Below are positions 36,522 through 50,873 of a stretch of DNA of 64,000 nt, one piece after another. The DNA is taken from contig NW_003314298.1 of assembly GCF_000143415.4 (NCBI RefSeq), forward strand, positions 958,972 through 1,022,971, given 5' to 3'. The notes below the pieces were generated by a model. That model made no database searches. It worked only from the letters and a program-made list of their open reading frames with translations, and was not told the DNA's origin. The DNA is from Selaginella moellendorffii (Eukaryota > Plantae > Lycopodiophyta). Position numbers and translations under genes: made by a program. Position 1 is the stretch's first letter. Each line of letters starts with the position of its first letter.

Positions 36522-39500
36522 TGTAAGCAACTAAATTTTCCATTCTACTTTAGTCACTTAACCACACCTTCAACCACTTGGAGGAATCTCACGAACAACC
36601 TCCATAAATCCTATTATGGACTTAGGGACTTACTAGCCCCAAGAAAGGCATCTATGCCACTCAACCATTGCACTTGGTCCAAGTGCTCCACATGTCCGAT
36701 CCCATGATCGACACTCCAAGGTACCACCAACATACCAGCCCATTATGGCCATGCCAATTCCCCTTGGTCACACCGGTGGTCCAACACCACCTGCATCGCA
36801 GTCCCGTCTCTCAAAGACTGGGCCATCCATCTGTGAGTGACCATCTTTGGTCCACTCTTTAGCATCCTTAAGATGCCTGTAGACATAGGGAACAACCTTC
36901 CCCAATATCCCTTTTATTGTCCCCACTAAGTCCCTTTTTTGTCCATGGCCATGTTCGCCAACACTACCACTGAGACAAGGCCCACAAGCCCGACCACTAA
37001 ATCCCATTATCCTTTGGGACTTCCTCACCACATGACCGTATTATTGGTCACTACTCCAGAGGACCACTCCTCTTCCTTTCCATAGTCTGGGACTTTGGGA
37101 CAACATTTCGAAACACCGTGGCCCTACACGAGTCTCATGGGTACTCTCCCCACCTTCCGCCTTTGGGTGCTCTAGCCATGGGCTTAGAGCAAGGTTCCAT
37201 TGAGCCACACCAGGTATCCAAGTAGGTAGTGCCACCCACACTTAGACTAGGAGCATTGGCCATTCGATCTCCCGGGGGAACTAAAGCCAGCTCTTGAACA
37301 CTTCACCAAGCTACCCCATTTATCGGTCCGTATTCACTCTAACCTTGGACTTCTTAGTGGTTATCCCATCACCCAACACCTGGGTACGGCCTTCCTGGGC
37401 CAAACTGACCTTTCCTGGCCAAACTGGCTCCACTGGAGTCCTCCCCCCTACTATACTTTTGGAGCTCACCAAACCCCTAGAGTCTAGGATACGAACACTT
37501 TGGGCTTTCACCCTCTTAGACTCAAACTTGGACTTGGACTTAGACTCAGACTCGGACTTAGACTCGGACTCGGACTCGGACTCGGACTCGGCCTCGGCCC
37601 CGGCCTTGGTCCCAGTCCCAATCCCGGTCCTGGTCTCAATCTTGGTCTTGGTTTTGATCTCAGTCACGGTCTTGACCTCAAACTCTATCTTGGATTCCAT
37701 CTCAGGTCCATCTCGAAGCCCATCTCGGACTCCATCTTAGTCCATCTCAAACTCCATCTCGGACCCCTCTCGGACTCCATCTTGGGTCCATCTCGGACGC
37801 CATCTCAGTCTATCTTAGACTCCATCTCGGGTCCATCTCGGAATCCATCTTGGGTCCATCTCAAACTCTATCTCATGTCCATCTCGGACTCCATCTCATG
37901 TCCATCTCAGACTCCATCTCGGGTCCATCTCAGGTCCATCTCAGTCACTTCCACGTATCATGTGTTGGTCCTCTTGTGTCCCTTTCTAGAGACTCACTTA
38001 TTGCTCGCTTCATGCTTGTTCCTTGAGCATTTCATTAGCAGTTCCACTCCCGCTCTTGACCTTTCAAGTCAGAGCTTTTAGTCCAAACGTATTATGCTCA
38101 TTTGGCTTTCGCTTCAGCCACTACCACGTGGCACCCTTTCGGCTCCATTTTGGGGCTTAGGGATTTGTGTCTCACAACTCCACCACCCATAGACGAAGTT
38201 TGATGTCCTCATCAAACAATAAACTATTTTGTAAAGTAATACCAACATGTATTACCCTTCCCATCCTTGGCACTTAGTCAATATTTGTCAAGGGTTGGAC
38301 ACCGAAGGCTCACCTTGCATTGTCCATCCTCTATAGAGCATAGTCTCTCCAACATAAAGATTCGATTGACCACTTAGGGTGGTTCTTTCCCTTTTATTAG
38401 TTTAGCTCTTGCTAAACCCATTAGAGACACCTTCTCTATCTCAATCCCACTATTCATTCTCAAGTAGTCTCAACTTCTATCGATATAACCATTCCTTTTT
38501 GGAACTTTTAGTCTTGACTTCTTGAAATTAAATTCCTAAGTGTGTTCGACACCTTTCATTACATATATTGTGTAAACTCCACTTCCCCATCCTAAGAAGT
38601 TCTCTACTTAAAAGCACCATTCTCTTCTTTTCTATTTTGTGCCACCTTTAGCATTAAATTCCAATTATCATAAGTTGTGCTAAGGCTGTCCACGGCCCTA
38701 TCATTTGGCTACCTTACCATTCCCTCCCTTGGAGCTTTCACTTTTGCTAAATTGGAGTATTTGGGAATTCATCCTTAGAAATATACTTCTTTTCCCATAA
38801 TCCGTTAGTATTTAACACATTAGTGTTTCTTGCTTAACTTTCCCATTTGGATTCCTTCCAATAAATTCCATGGCCCACACTTGACCACTAGTGTTTTGCT
38901 TCTATCCATTAATTGTTGCACCAAGCAATATAGAATCACTACCTCCATTCTCGAGATATCTTTTTGGTTCCATGGCAAAAGCTCTACTTTGCTGAGTCCA
39001 AAAGGTGCTCACCCCTAATAGGCCTCTTTAGCATTTTCTGCTACAGGCTCCATCCACGGCTCAACTTTGTGACCCTCCTATGGGTCTTTCCTAGAGACTA
39101 CTTTCTTGGACTCATTATACCATTGTTTTGGCACAATTAATTTCCATTTAGGTGTCCTTCCCACTTGGTAACCTTGACTAACCACACCATTATCAATAGT
39201 TCAAGTTAACACTTGAACTAGGAATTATATTCCTTAACCCAAACAAAGACTTTGTCCTTGTTTAGCCATAAGATCACCTAGTGATCTCATCTTGACCCCT
39301 TAACAAGTCTACCAATAGGAACTAGGTCTTCCAAACCTTTTAAATTGTTGACTATGACCCTAGGGGCATCCCCCACACATGGCGATGTGCCCAAGCCAGC
39401 TCTTCCAACCAAGGATCCATAGCCACTGAGACTGAGTGTCCCCATCTCATTCACCAACCTTGGTGCTACTTTGCACAAAAGTGTTCAAGTTAGATATACC

Positions 39501-42500
39501 GAGCTTTCACACTAGGCAATCTAACCGTACATCACGACTCTGAGGCATCCCTCGCTTGGCAGTGTGCCCAAACCAGTCTCCTCACTGAGAGTCCATGACC
39601 ACCGAAAAATGAGTGTCTTTATATTCCAAACCATCACCACGCCCTAGTGATTTGGGACTCGAACCCAAACACTAGAGGGTCAGGACTCAAACCCAACCTC
39701 TGTATATGCATCTACAGACGGCATCACACATGATGCCTGATGTGACTCCCCACACCGATGCATCAACTTATACTCAAAGCATGCTACAGATCACAACTTA
39801 GGAACCTAGTTCCTCCATACTACCAAGTCCCCTCACTTGACACGTCTGTGATCATGCATAGACTCCTCCATGCTTAGCCCCATGGGCCACCCCTTTTGAA
39901 GTTAGCACTTTCAACTAGGGTATTTGTTCCCCCAACTTGCCAATCTCACCTAGCAAGTCATCCGGCCACCATAACATGGTTTATATGCAAGCGTGAAAGT
40001 CCTTAACCAACAACTTTCATATAAAGCCCTCTCTTTGAACACTTAGGAACTACTTTCCTAACCTTGATAGCCTCGCCTCGTGGCAAGCTTCAAGACCATA
40101 CTTCTGTTGTGCCATTCTGATTTCGCACGCTCTATGAACCGTTTACACTTGGCTTTTTAGGTACTAAGCTGCCTAAATTTATCTTTGGGAACCTTGAAGG
40201 AACTTTATCCCTTAGCTTGCTAAGGCTTCTCCTTTCACAAGCTTTCTAATTGCCATATGGTCTAACATGGATAATTCTATGCTTTAGACTCTTTATGGCC
40301 TCCCGCTTGCTAGCAACAACAAGCTTGAGCACCCTTTTAATTCTCCACTCCCAACTTGCATAACCACCCTTGGTTATGCCCTTCAATTTAAATGGTTCGA
40401 TTCTATCCCTTTACTACTTGCTTTTGGCCTCACACATTTCTTTCGGTTATTCTCCTTTGGACTAGGAGGATAGCTTTGCACTTTCTACCATGCCTTAGTA
40501 AGTATTCATAGGGATGAACCTACCTAATAGTCTAGGGAGTGGTTCCTCAATCCAAGTATTCTCACTTTATAATCCCACACACCGGGATTAATGTTGCTAC
40601 TTATGGGCCTTTGTATGCCTATAACTAGCCTTGCCAAAATCCCAATTTTGGCTTTGTCCAATTTGAGTAGATGGAATTCTCCTATCTCTGTAACCTTGGA
40701 CATTTGGATAGCACCTCCTATCCATCATTCACTAGAGACTTAGTCCCTTGGGCCTTATCTATTACCCTCACAATACTGAACATTACCTATTGGTGTTCTA
40801 GAATGTTTGGGTGTCTCAATGATGGCATTTTTTACAATGAGTATTTCCTTTATAACATTGACTTACTATATCGCAACATAAGCAATTTATCCCCCCATAT
40901 GGGTATAATTAACTTTCTTATCCCAAAAGAAGTCTTGGGTAGTCACCTTCTACCAGTTTAACTAATCATTTTACATCTTTTGCTTAGTTGCCTCATAGTT
41001 GTCAAGTCCTACAACTCATTGTTGGTGCTTCCACACCTCCATCATTGTTTAGGTCCCCACACTCTACCACACGCCTTCTAAGTTAGGCTATGCTATTTCC
41101 ATTTCCATTGGGATTCCCTTGGTAAGGGGTTCTCATGAACCCACTAACATAACTTCAAGGTATCACACCTTAGCACATTTGGTGTCTCCACACCATCGGC
41201 TCCACAAGCCTACCTTTATGACACTACTTATTAGTGTCTAAGTGTTTGCCAAGACCAATATAATGTTTCTCATGCCAACTATCCGTTAGCACTACACTAT
41301 AATGTTCACACACAACTCTGAACCAAAGTTGTTTTCTTCTGGGAACACCTTTCCCATGACTTTAGTATGGCACTTTCTGTCATCAATAAAATACACACTG
41401 TTCCCATACTTGGACCTTATGATCCTCCCCATCCTCATGGGGCACAATACACCTCAGTCCAAATCCTTTCACCAGTCCTCTAAGACCATTCCTTGACTCC
41501 CCTCGAGTCATCCAACTCTTTGGACTTTGTTAATTTTACAACCCATAAAGTTCTACTTTTGAGGTGTTAGCTTGTTAGAATACAACTACTTGTATTCATG
41601 TCCTACCTATAAAGACCATTCATGTAAGTGTTACTCTGAAACTTGATTATTTTCCGTTTCTTGTGGGTTGCTTCTGCCCCTTATGACTACTTGTCCATGT
41701 GATGAGAATACGAACTCATCCTCTAAGTACACCCCCAACTCTTTGGGTTATTCCAGCATTTATTAAAGGTAGCCTCGGCTACCATTTCAAGGATTTGTGT
41801 CCTCTTCCATATTTGACCTCCCACGGTCATTAATTCTGGTCTTAAATGCATGAGCACTAACTTTAACTTTATGAGGATATTCTTGTGACTCCTTTATTGT
41901 TTAAGAGTCTCTATCTTTCCCGTGATCCCCATTATAGTTGTTTACCACAACTACATTAGCCAGTTTGCTAAGTCAAATGCTCATCTGGATCATATCCTCA
42001 ACTTTCTGAGGAAAACTTTATACTGTTCCCAAAATCCCAAAGTCGTTCCATTATTGGCCCTTTTCTATCCACCACCTTACCTACAAGTTCACACATGAAC
42101 TGTAGTGGAGAGCCATGTTTTCCCAACTTGTTACTTCCCAAGGATAGGCCCACTTCTAGGACCTTCCGATGCCAACACTAGTGGTGATATACTTGAGCAC
42201 CAATAAAAGTCGGATTAAGGAACAACTCTGATACCAAATTGTAAGCGACTAAATTTTCCATTCTACTTTAGTCACTTAACCACACCTTCGACCACTTGGA
42301 AAAGTCTCACTCATAACCTCCGTAAATCCTGTTCTGAACTTAGGGACTAGCCCCAAGAAGCGCATCCATGCCACTCAACCATTGCACTTGGTCCAAGTGC
42401 TCCACATGTCCGATCCCATGATCGATACCCCAAGGTACCATTGATATACCAGCCCGTTACGCTAAGGCCATGCCCATTCACCTTGGTCACACCGGTGGTC

Positions 42501-43849
42501 CAACACCACATGCATCGCAATCCCGTCTCTCAAAGACTGGGCCATCCATCTGTAAGTGACCATCCTTGGTCCACTCCTTAGCATCCTTAAGATGCCCGTA
42601 GACATGGGGAACAGCCTTCCCCAATATCCCTTTTACTATTCCCACCAAGTCCCTTTTTTGTTCACGGCTATTGCCACTGAAACAAGGCCCACAAGCTCGA
42701 CCACTAAATCCCATTGTCCTTTAGGACTTCTTCACCACATGACCGTATCATTAGTCATTACTCCAGAGGACCACTCCTCTTCCTTTCCATGGTCTGGGAC
42801 TTTGGGACAACATTTCGAAACACCATAGCCCTACGCGAGTATCATAGATACTCTCCCCACCTTGTACTTTTGGGTGCTCTAGCCATGGGCTTAGAGCGAG
42901 GTTCCACTAAGCCATGCCAGGTATCCAAGTAGGTAGTGCCACCCACACTTGGATTGAGAGCATTGGCCATTCGATCTCCTAGGAGAACTAGAGTGAACTC
43001 CTGAACACTTCACTAAGTTACCCTGCTTGTCAATCCGTATTTACTCTAGCCTTGGAATTCCCAGTGGTTATCCCATCATCCAACACCTAAATACGGCCTT
43101 CCTGGGCCAAACTAGCCTATCCTAGCCAAACTAGCTCTACTGGAGTCCTCCCCCCTACTATACTTTTGGAGCTCACCAAACCCCTAGGGTCTGGGAGACA
43201 AATGCTTTGGGCTTTCACCCTCTTAGACTCAAACTCGGACTCTGCCTCGGCCTCAATCTCGGTCCCGGTCTCGGTCCCGGTCCCAGTCTCGGTCTTGGTC
43301 TCAGTCTCGGTTTCGGTCTCGGTCTTAGTCTCGGTCTCGGTCTCAACCTCGAACTCCATCTCGAGTCCTTCTCGGACTCCATCTTGGATTCCATCTCAAG
43401 TCCATCTCGAACACCATCTCGGACTCCATCTCAGTCCATCTAAGACTCCATCTTGGACCCATCTCAGACTCCATCTCGGGTCCATCTCGGACTCCATCTT
43501 GGTCCATCTCGGACTCCATCTCGGGTCCATCTCAGACTCCATCTCGGACTCCATCTCGGGTCCATCTCAGACTCCATCTCGGACTCCATCTCGGGTCCAT
43601 CTTGGGTCCATCTCGGTCACTTCCACATGTCATGTGTTAGTCCTCTTGTGTCCCTTTTTTAAAGACTCACTTATTACTTGCTTCGTGCTTGTTTCTCAAG
43701 CATTTCATTGGGAGTTCTACTCCCGCTCTCAACCTTTCAAGTCGGAGCTTTTAGTCCAAACGTGTTATGCTTGTTTGGCTTTTGCTTCGACCACTACCAC
43801 GTGGCACCCTTTCGGCTCCATTTTGGGGCTTAGGGATTTGTGTCTCACA
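36522..43849 (-). mobile_element. Complete non-autonomous LTR element B2: LTRs 36522-38176 and 42240-43849
   Basis: TSD TTGGG on both sides; PBS TGGTATCAGAGT (42236-42225); PPT 38190-38177. The internal region is the colinear reverse complement of B1. Confidence 0.92.
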
Positions 43850-44237
43850 TTGGGATGGTTATTTACTGTCTCTTCGGTATGCATATGTCACAAGGGTGTA
43901 GAGTTTTCTTGGTGCTTCACCATATAAACTTTTATATGGCCATGATCCAATATTACCAACGAAGTTGGGTTTACCTTCGCAATTGCCACGAACTACTGAT
44001 GCTAGGTCATGGGATCAGTATTTGATGAGCATTCTTCCAATTATCTGCTAAACACTTAGGCTGCATACAAGTGGAACAACAATGGCATTACAACTCCCAT
44101 CATCGTCCACCTGTAGAGTATAAAGTAGATAACTTGGTGTTAATCAATTTCCCCATCTTACAGTACGTGGTTTATCTAAGGGGCTCCTTGCTCAGTGGAA
44201 AGGACCGTATCAAGTGTTGTAGCAAGTTGGACTGCAA

Positions 44238-44830
44238 TGTAAGTAACCAAAGGGAATGATTTAAGAGACGATCCATGGGGCTCAAATATAAAGGGAAAGG
44301 GCTTATGAATAAGAGTGCACCTCTTTTCCAATTGGTTAAGGGTCTTGGGATATTTAGGGTTAATTGTGTTTGGGTTTGAATAGTATTGGGTTGGGTGACC
44401 TCTCAAGAAGTCCAAACTCAGGAGCTTATATTTGGTATCAGAGGGGTCTTGGGTCTGACTCTATTGGTTGGTTAAAGGAATCACACCACATATTAATTAA
44501 CATCCGGTAGATCTAGTTTGCTTCCACTAAGCTCGACCCGAGGGGTAGCGTGTCAAGAGAGTGGGGCTCTTGGGAAAGTTGTAGCTCTCAACTTCTGTTC
44601 ATGAAGGCATGAACTTACAGGGAAGTGTGATGGATTATAAGCAACTAAAGGGAATGATTTGAGAAATAATCTATACAACTCAAATATATAAGGAAATGGC
44701 CCATGAATAAGAGTGCAACCCCCTTTTCAAATCGGTTAAGGGTCTTAGGATATTTAGGGTTAAATATCCTTGGGTTTGAATAGTATTGGGTTAGGTGACC
44801 TCTCGGGAAGTCCAAACTCAAAAGTTTATA
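44238..44830 (+). mobile_element. Complete Cassandra-type TRIM (LTRs 44238-44430 and 44636-44830)
   Basis: TSD TGCAA, PBS TGGTATCAGAG, PPT-like AGGGAAGTGTGATGGA, 5S-like domain in both LTRs. Confidence 0.9.
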
Positions 44831-45638
44831 TGCAAGTTTATGAGGTTTGGCATGACGTCTAGTAGGCCAATCCTCCAGAGATTGTGCATGTGCAGTGGTT
44901 GAAACGCTTCATACTGGGCTGGGTGACCTTTCAGGAAGTCCAAACTTAGAAGCTTACATGCAAGTTTATGAGGTTCGGCATGACGTCCAACAGGCCAATC
45001 CTCCAGAGATTGTGCATGTGCAGTGGTTAAAACACTTCATACCAAGGGATCAGGAGCAATTAATACCACCTATAGATCTGCCAATGCCTCCTCCCGATCC
45101 CGGCCCATCTACAAAAGAACCCTGATATTCTGAGAGGAGGGGAAGTATACGGCTACGATGTTGTATACTAATATAAGTGTAATAGGATTTTAGTAGCCGT
45201 CGGATTGGTTTCAATTTAGCACTCCTATATATAAGTTAAAGCTTTTAGGCTAATTGATAGGCATATTTTCTATATTCCCTTTCCATATTCCACACACTCA
45301 CATGTTTATTTTTTAAAGACATGATAAGTACTTCTTAAATAATTTTTAAAATTTCTAGTTTACTTAAAAATATTTTAACTTAAATGAATAATGTTATATA
45401 AATTAAAAAAGTCAAGTCAAATCTATTACAACTTAAATTTTTTATAGGTTATATTTAGAAATAGATCACACAATTACAGTGTTTAAAATAGTTAATCAGT
45501 AATATAAATTGGTAGTAGTTTAATATGAAAATAAAATTATTAATCATATTCATTATTATGTGTTTAAAATTATTTAAATTTTAAAATCATATTCATTTTA
45601 TATATTAATATGTTTATCTAAAAATATTAAATTATAAC

Positions 45639-45800
45639 TATAAGTGTATGGAATATGAAAATGAAATACAGAAATGTGCATATCAATCAGCCCAAAAACC
45701 CTAGTTTATATACAGGAGTGAGTGGTCCAAATTGAAATCAATTCAATAACTATTAAAATCCCACTATGCTAATATTAGTATACAACATCACAGCCATACA
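45639..45800 (-). repeat. Inverted solo copy of LTR D
   Basis: Reverse-complement similarity to 45146-45302 and direct similarity to 63265-63428. Confidence 0.75.
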
Positions 45801-48192
45801 CTTAGACCTCATATACCTAATTTTAAAGAATAGTTTAAAATAATAATTATTACTCTAAAAGACTTCTAAAAACGAAACTAAATAGCTTATAAGAAGAATA
45901 CTGGGAAAGTTTTAGTTAAATAATTTCAATTTTATGTTATTGCTAAAAAATTAATTATACATTATAGCACACCTAAATTTTAGAGCTGAACTTTAAGTCC
46001 ATTACACTACAAAATAAAGGTCTAACAAGAACTTAATATCCCCTACAAATATTAACTCCTCATATTCAATTTTTATATCCAAAATAATGTTAGACGGCAT
46101 TTAGCACACTTTTGATGTACCAATGGCCTAATGCAAGGACATGAGTACCCTATTGACTAGAGCAGTATGGAACTTATATTTAAACCCAAATTAGATGCAA
46201 AACAAAAAATGACATAACTTAATAGATGTTAAATTAGTGTCTCAAGTGGTTGGCTATGCTTTCAACAACTATCTCTACTACACATTTAAAACCCCCATAA
46301 CAGCTTTGGATTTGGTGTCTGTGGATAAAGCCTCTGAGATACATTAATGGATTAGTGCTTGTATTGATTGCAAAAAAATCTTGAGGAAAATAACTCATTT
46401 TTCCTTCCTCATCGTTCACATTAACTAACTTATCAACCACATCAACTTTACTACCACCATCCTCCCTCATGAGGGTAATTTTGCACTTTCTACCATACAT
46501 AAATCTACCTAATAGCCTAGGGAGTGATTCCTCAATTTGCATATACTCACTTTGTAATCCCACACACTAATATTAACATTTACTACTCATAGGCTCTTAC
46601 ATACTTGTTATTAATTGTGCCAAAAGCCTTTTGGTTTTATCCTCTTTAGATAGATAGATTTACCTTGTCTTTAGCTTTTATCAACTTTGATGCTTTATTA
46701 TTGTCACAAATGTGATTGTAGGTATAAAAAGTTATTTGTCAGTGAGTCCTTTTGGATATTCTTTCCTTACTACTATAACGGTATGAGGTTAGTGACATTG
46801 GATAGCACCTTTTATCTATTATTCTTTAGAAACTTAGTCCCTTGGGCCTTATTTAATACCTTTATGATACTAAACACAATTTCTTTGGTGTTTTAAAGTG
46901 TTTATATATTTTGGTGATGGACTTCCAAAACAATAAGCATTTCTTGTTATCACATTAACTCACTATATTGCAACATAAACACATTATCTCTTAAGGGATA
47001 TATTTAACTTCCTTTTTATCCCGACAAAAGTCTTATGAAGTTAGCTCTTAACCAATTACTCCAAAACTTTGCTTAGTTACCTTATAATTATCATGTCTTA
47101 CAACTCATTATTGATGCTTCCACACCTCCCATCAATATTTAGTTCAAGCACATAAATCCCATGCTTTTTAGTTTATGCTAAGCCAATCCCATTTCTATTG
47201 AGGTTTATTTGGCAAGGGGTTTTCATGAATTAGCTAACTTGACTTCAAAGCACCTTCCCTTGAGATACTTGGTGTCTCCACATTATCAGCTTTACAAGGT
47301 TATCCATATGACATATTCCACTTGTGTCTATATTTTCGGCCAAGACTATACTTATCATTTCTTATATGCTAACCAATAGTTGGCATAAAAAATGACGAAT
47401 ACTATCATATTCACACACAACTATTTTCAAAAATTATTTTCTTTAGTAAACACTTTTTTTATGGCATTTTTTGCCATTGATAAGACACTTACTATTCTCA
47501 TACTTGGATCTTATGATCCTCCTAGTGCATGATAGGGCATAACACATCTCACTCCTCACTCTAAATGTGTTTCATTCAAGCCTTTTGGACCATTCTTTGA
47601 CTTTATAGAGTCATCCAACTTTTAAAATTTGCTTAGTCTCATGACCCCTAAGGTTTTAGCCTTTTAATGTGCCATTACACTTGAATATAACTTTTTATAT
47701 TCATATATTATTCATAAGGACCATTCTCACATATGTTATTTCAACACTTGATTACCTTTTGTTCCATATAAATTACATTTGCCTCTTAGAACTTCTTTCA
47801 ACTACACCCTCAATTCCTTGGGTTATTCTAGCATTTATTATAAGTAACCCCAACTACCACTTCAAGGATATATGTCCTCATCCATATTTAACCATCCACA
47901 ATCATCACCTCCAATATCAAATTTATGAGTCATATCCTTGACTATATAAAGGTAATCTTATGACTCCTTCATTGTCTAAAAGTTTCTATCGTTTCCATGG
48001 TCCCAACTATGGTTGTTTACCACAACCACATTAGCTAATTTGTCAAGTTAAACATTTATATAGATCACTTTCTCAGCTTTTTAAGGAAAATTTTCTACTA
48101 TTCCCAAGGTCCTAAAATCATTCTCTTATTAAGCACTTTTTATCCACCACATTACCTACATATTCATATATGAACTAAAGTGGAGAGCTATG

Positions 48193-48973
48193 TGTAAACA
48201 ACCAAAGAGAACGACTCGAAAGATGGTCTATGGGATTCAAATATAGAGGGAAAAGGGCCCATGAATAAAAGTGCACCCCCTTTTCCAATCAGTTAATGGT
48301 CTTGGGATATTTGGGGTTAAGCGTCCTTGGGTTTGAATAGTATTGGGCTGGGTGACCTCTCGGGAAGTCCAAACTCAGGAGCTGACATTTGGTATCAGAG
48401 AGGTCTTGGGTCCGACTCTTGGGTCTGACTCTATTGGTTGGCTAGGGGAATCATACCACAAATTGATTGACATCTGGCTGGTCCAGTTTGCTCCCACTGG
48501 GCTCAACATGAGGGGTAGGGTGTCAAGAGAGCGGGGCTCTCAAGAGAGCTGCGGCTCTCAACTTCCGTTCACGATGGTGTGAACTTGCAGGGAAGCGTGG
48601 TGGATTATAAGCAACCAAAAAAATCATACCACAAATTGATTGACATCTAGCTGGTCCAGTTTGCTCCCACTGGGCTCGACCTGAGGGGTAGGGTGTCAAG
48701 AGAGTGGGGCTCTCAGGAGAGCTGCGGCTCTCAACTTCCATTCACGAGGGCGTGAACTTCCAGGGAAGCGTGGTGGATTGCAAGCAACCAAAGAGAACGA
48801 CTCGAGAGACGGTCCATGGGGTTCAAATATAGAGGGAAAAGGGCCCATGAATAAGAGTGCACCCCCTTTTTCAATAGGTTAAAGGTCTTGGGATATTTGG
48901 GGTTAAGCATCCTTGGGTTTGAATAGTACTGGGCTGGGTGACCTCCCAGGGAGTCCAAACTCAGGAGCTTACA
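48193..48973 (+). mobile_element. Cassandra-type TRIM with duplicated internal domain (LTRs 48193-48387 and 48779-48973)
   Basis: TSD CTATG/CTATA; PBS at 48390; 5S-like GTTAAGCGTCCTTGGG...TAGTACTGGGCTGGGTGACCTC; a ~170-bp internal unit is present twice. Confidence 0.9.
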
Positions 48974-49339
48974 CTATACCCTTTCTACAAGCTACTCCTC
49001 GAGGGTAGATCCACTTCTGGGGCATTCCAATATTAATCCTCGAGGGTAGATCCACTTCTGGGGCATTCCAATATTAATATTAAGTGGTGATATATTTTAC
49101 CACTAATAATAGCTTGACTAAGGAACAAGTTGTAAGTGATTATATTTTTCATTTAACATTAATCACTTAACCATACATTTGACCACTTGGAGGAGTCTCA
49201 CTCATAACCTCTGTAGGTCCTCATCTATCTTAGGGTACTTGCTTAGGCCCAAATGTAATCTTGAGACCACATCAACCTCACATTTAGTCCAAGTGTTTCG
49301 CATATTTAGTCTCACTTCCGACACCCAAAGATACCATAG

Positions 49340-50575
49340 TGTAGCGCATGTGATCATGGGATGAGATTTGGATATACTATCACTGTGGATCCTTGGAACC
49401 TTGGGGGATAAATGGGGATAAAATAGCCATTAAGAGCTCTCTCATCAAGCAATTGCCCTTTTTCCAGTTGGCTTAAGAGGAGAGAGATAAAGTGTGCTAT
49501 AGTTAGTATTGGAGCAAATGGCACGGGTTCGATTCCCATTGATTAGTGGCTACTTAAAAATATAATATACCCTTGAGCAAGATATATTCCTACCCCTAAA
49601 TTTAAAATTGTACATATTGAGCATCCATGTGTACGTCCTTCCTCTTGTGTGAAGTATCCATGGACGAAGGTATCCACCGTAGGACTGCGGTACAGGTGGA
49701 TGACTAGTTGTCTCACATGGAATAGCTGGTCTACACAATGGAAGGATTAGTAGATTCAGTTCCTCTTGTGTGAAGTATCCATGGACGAAGGTATCCACCG
49801 TAGGACTGCAATACAGGTGGATGACTAGTTGTCTCACATAGAATAGCTGGTCTACACAATGGAAGGATTAGTAGATTCAGTGCGGGAATGGAGGTGCTGG
49901 TTCCCCTTGGCTCAGTAGAGGTTGTTAGTCAATAGTCAATGAGGACATTGACATCTCTGAAGGGGGGTGAGTGTAGCACATGGGATGAGATTTGGATATA
50001 CTGTCACCGTGGAATAGCTAGTTTACACAATGGAAGGATTAGTAGATTCAGTGCGGGAATGGAGATTCAGTGCGGGAGGACATTGACATCTCTGAAGGGG
50101 GGTGAGTGTAGCACATGGGATGAGATTTGGATATACTGTCACCGTGGAATAGCTAGTCTACACAATGGAAGGATTAGTAGATTCAGTGCGGGAATGGAGA
50201 TTCAGTGCGGGAATGGAGGTGCTGGTTCCCCTTGGCTTAGTAGAGGTTGTTAGTCAATAGTCAATGAAGACATTGACATCTCTGAAGGGGGGTGAGTGTA
50301 GCACATGGGATGAGATTTGGATATACTGTCACCGTGGAATAGCTGGTCTACACAATGGAAGGATTAGTAGATTCAGTGCGGGAATGGAGATTCAGTGCGG
50401 GAATGGAGGTGCTGGTTCCCCTTGGCTCAGTAGAGGTTGTTAGTCAATAGTCAATGAGGACATTGACATCTCTGAAGGGGATAAATAGGGGATAAAATAG
50501 CCACTAAGTGCTCTCTCATCAAGCAATTGCCCCTTTTTCAGTTGGCTTAAAAGGAGAAAGATAATGTGTGCTACA
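49340..50575 (+). mobile_element. TRIM family E with internally amplified PPT/LTR-junction units
   Basis: TSD CATAG on both sides; 5' LTR 49340-49501; degenerate PBS TAGTATTGGAGC; repeated GAAGGGGGGTGAG-TGTAGCACATG units; ends GTGCTACA. Confidence 0.88.
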
Positions 50576-50679
50576 CATAGATATCTCAACCTATTTCACT
50601 CTTGTCTCATTAATAGTCTAAGACTATCTGCAACACAATCTTGTTTTTATAAAACTAGGCCATCTATCCATGAGTGGTC

Positions 50680-50873
50680 TGTAAGCTTTTGAATTTAGAC
50701 TTCCTGGGACGTCACCTAATGCAGTACCATTCAAACCCAAGAATGCTTAACCTTAAGTATTTCAAGATCCTTAATGAATTGAAATAGGGGGTGCACTCTT
50801 ATTCATGGGCCATTTTCTTTTATATTTGAACCTTTATAAATTGTCTCTCGAGTCGTTCCCTTAGTTACTTACA
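50680..50873 (-). mobile_element. Diverged Cassandra-type solo LTR
   Basis: TG...CA ends; similar to 28040-28234; decayed TSD TGGTC/TAGCC. Confidence 0.8.

Larger units (their letters stand above)
35900..45302 (+). mobile_element. Decayed Gypsy integrase + PPT + short 3' LTR D (45146-45302), interrupted by B2 and a Cassandra
   Basis: Motifs YWPKMQCDVIRYVHICVRCQ, AFDLIEPF, DNGLTF and TSAYHP. After B2 the frame resumes with YAY...SPYKLLYG, then WKGPY and IVHVQWLK. PPT GAGAGGAGGGGAAG before 45146. Confidence 0.85.

Noticed and set aside
46234-46563. 109-aa ORF
   Set aside because: Chimeric: it starts in family-B internal sequence and runs into unrelated DNA with no motif.
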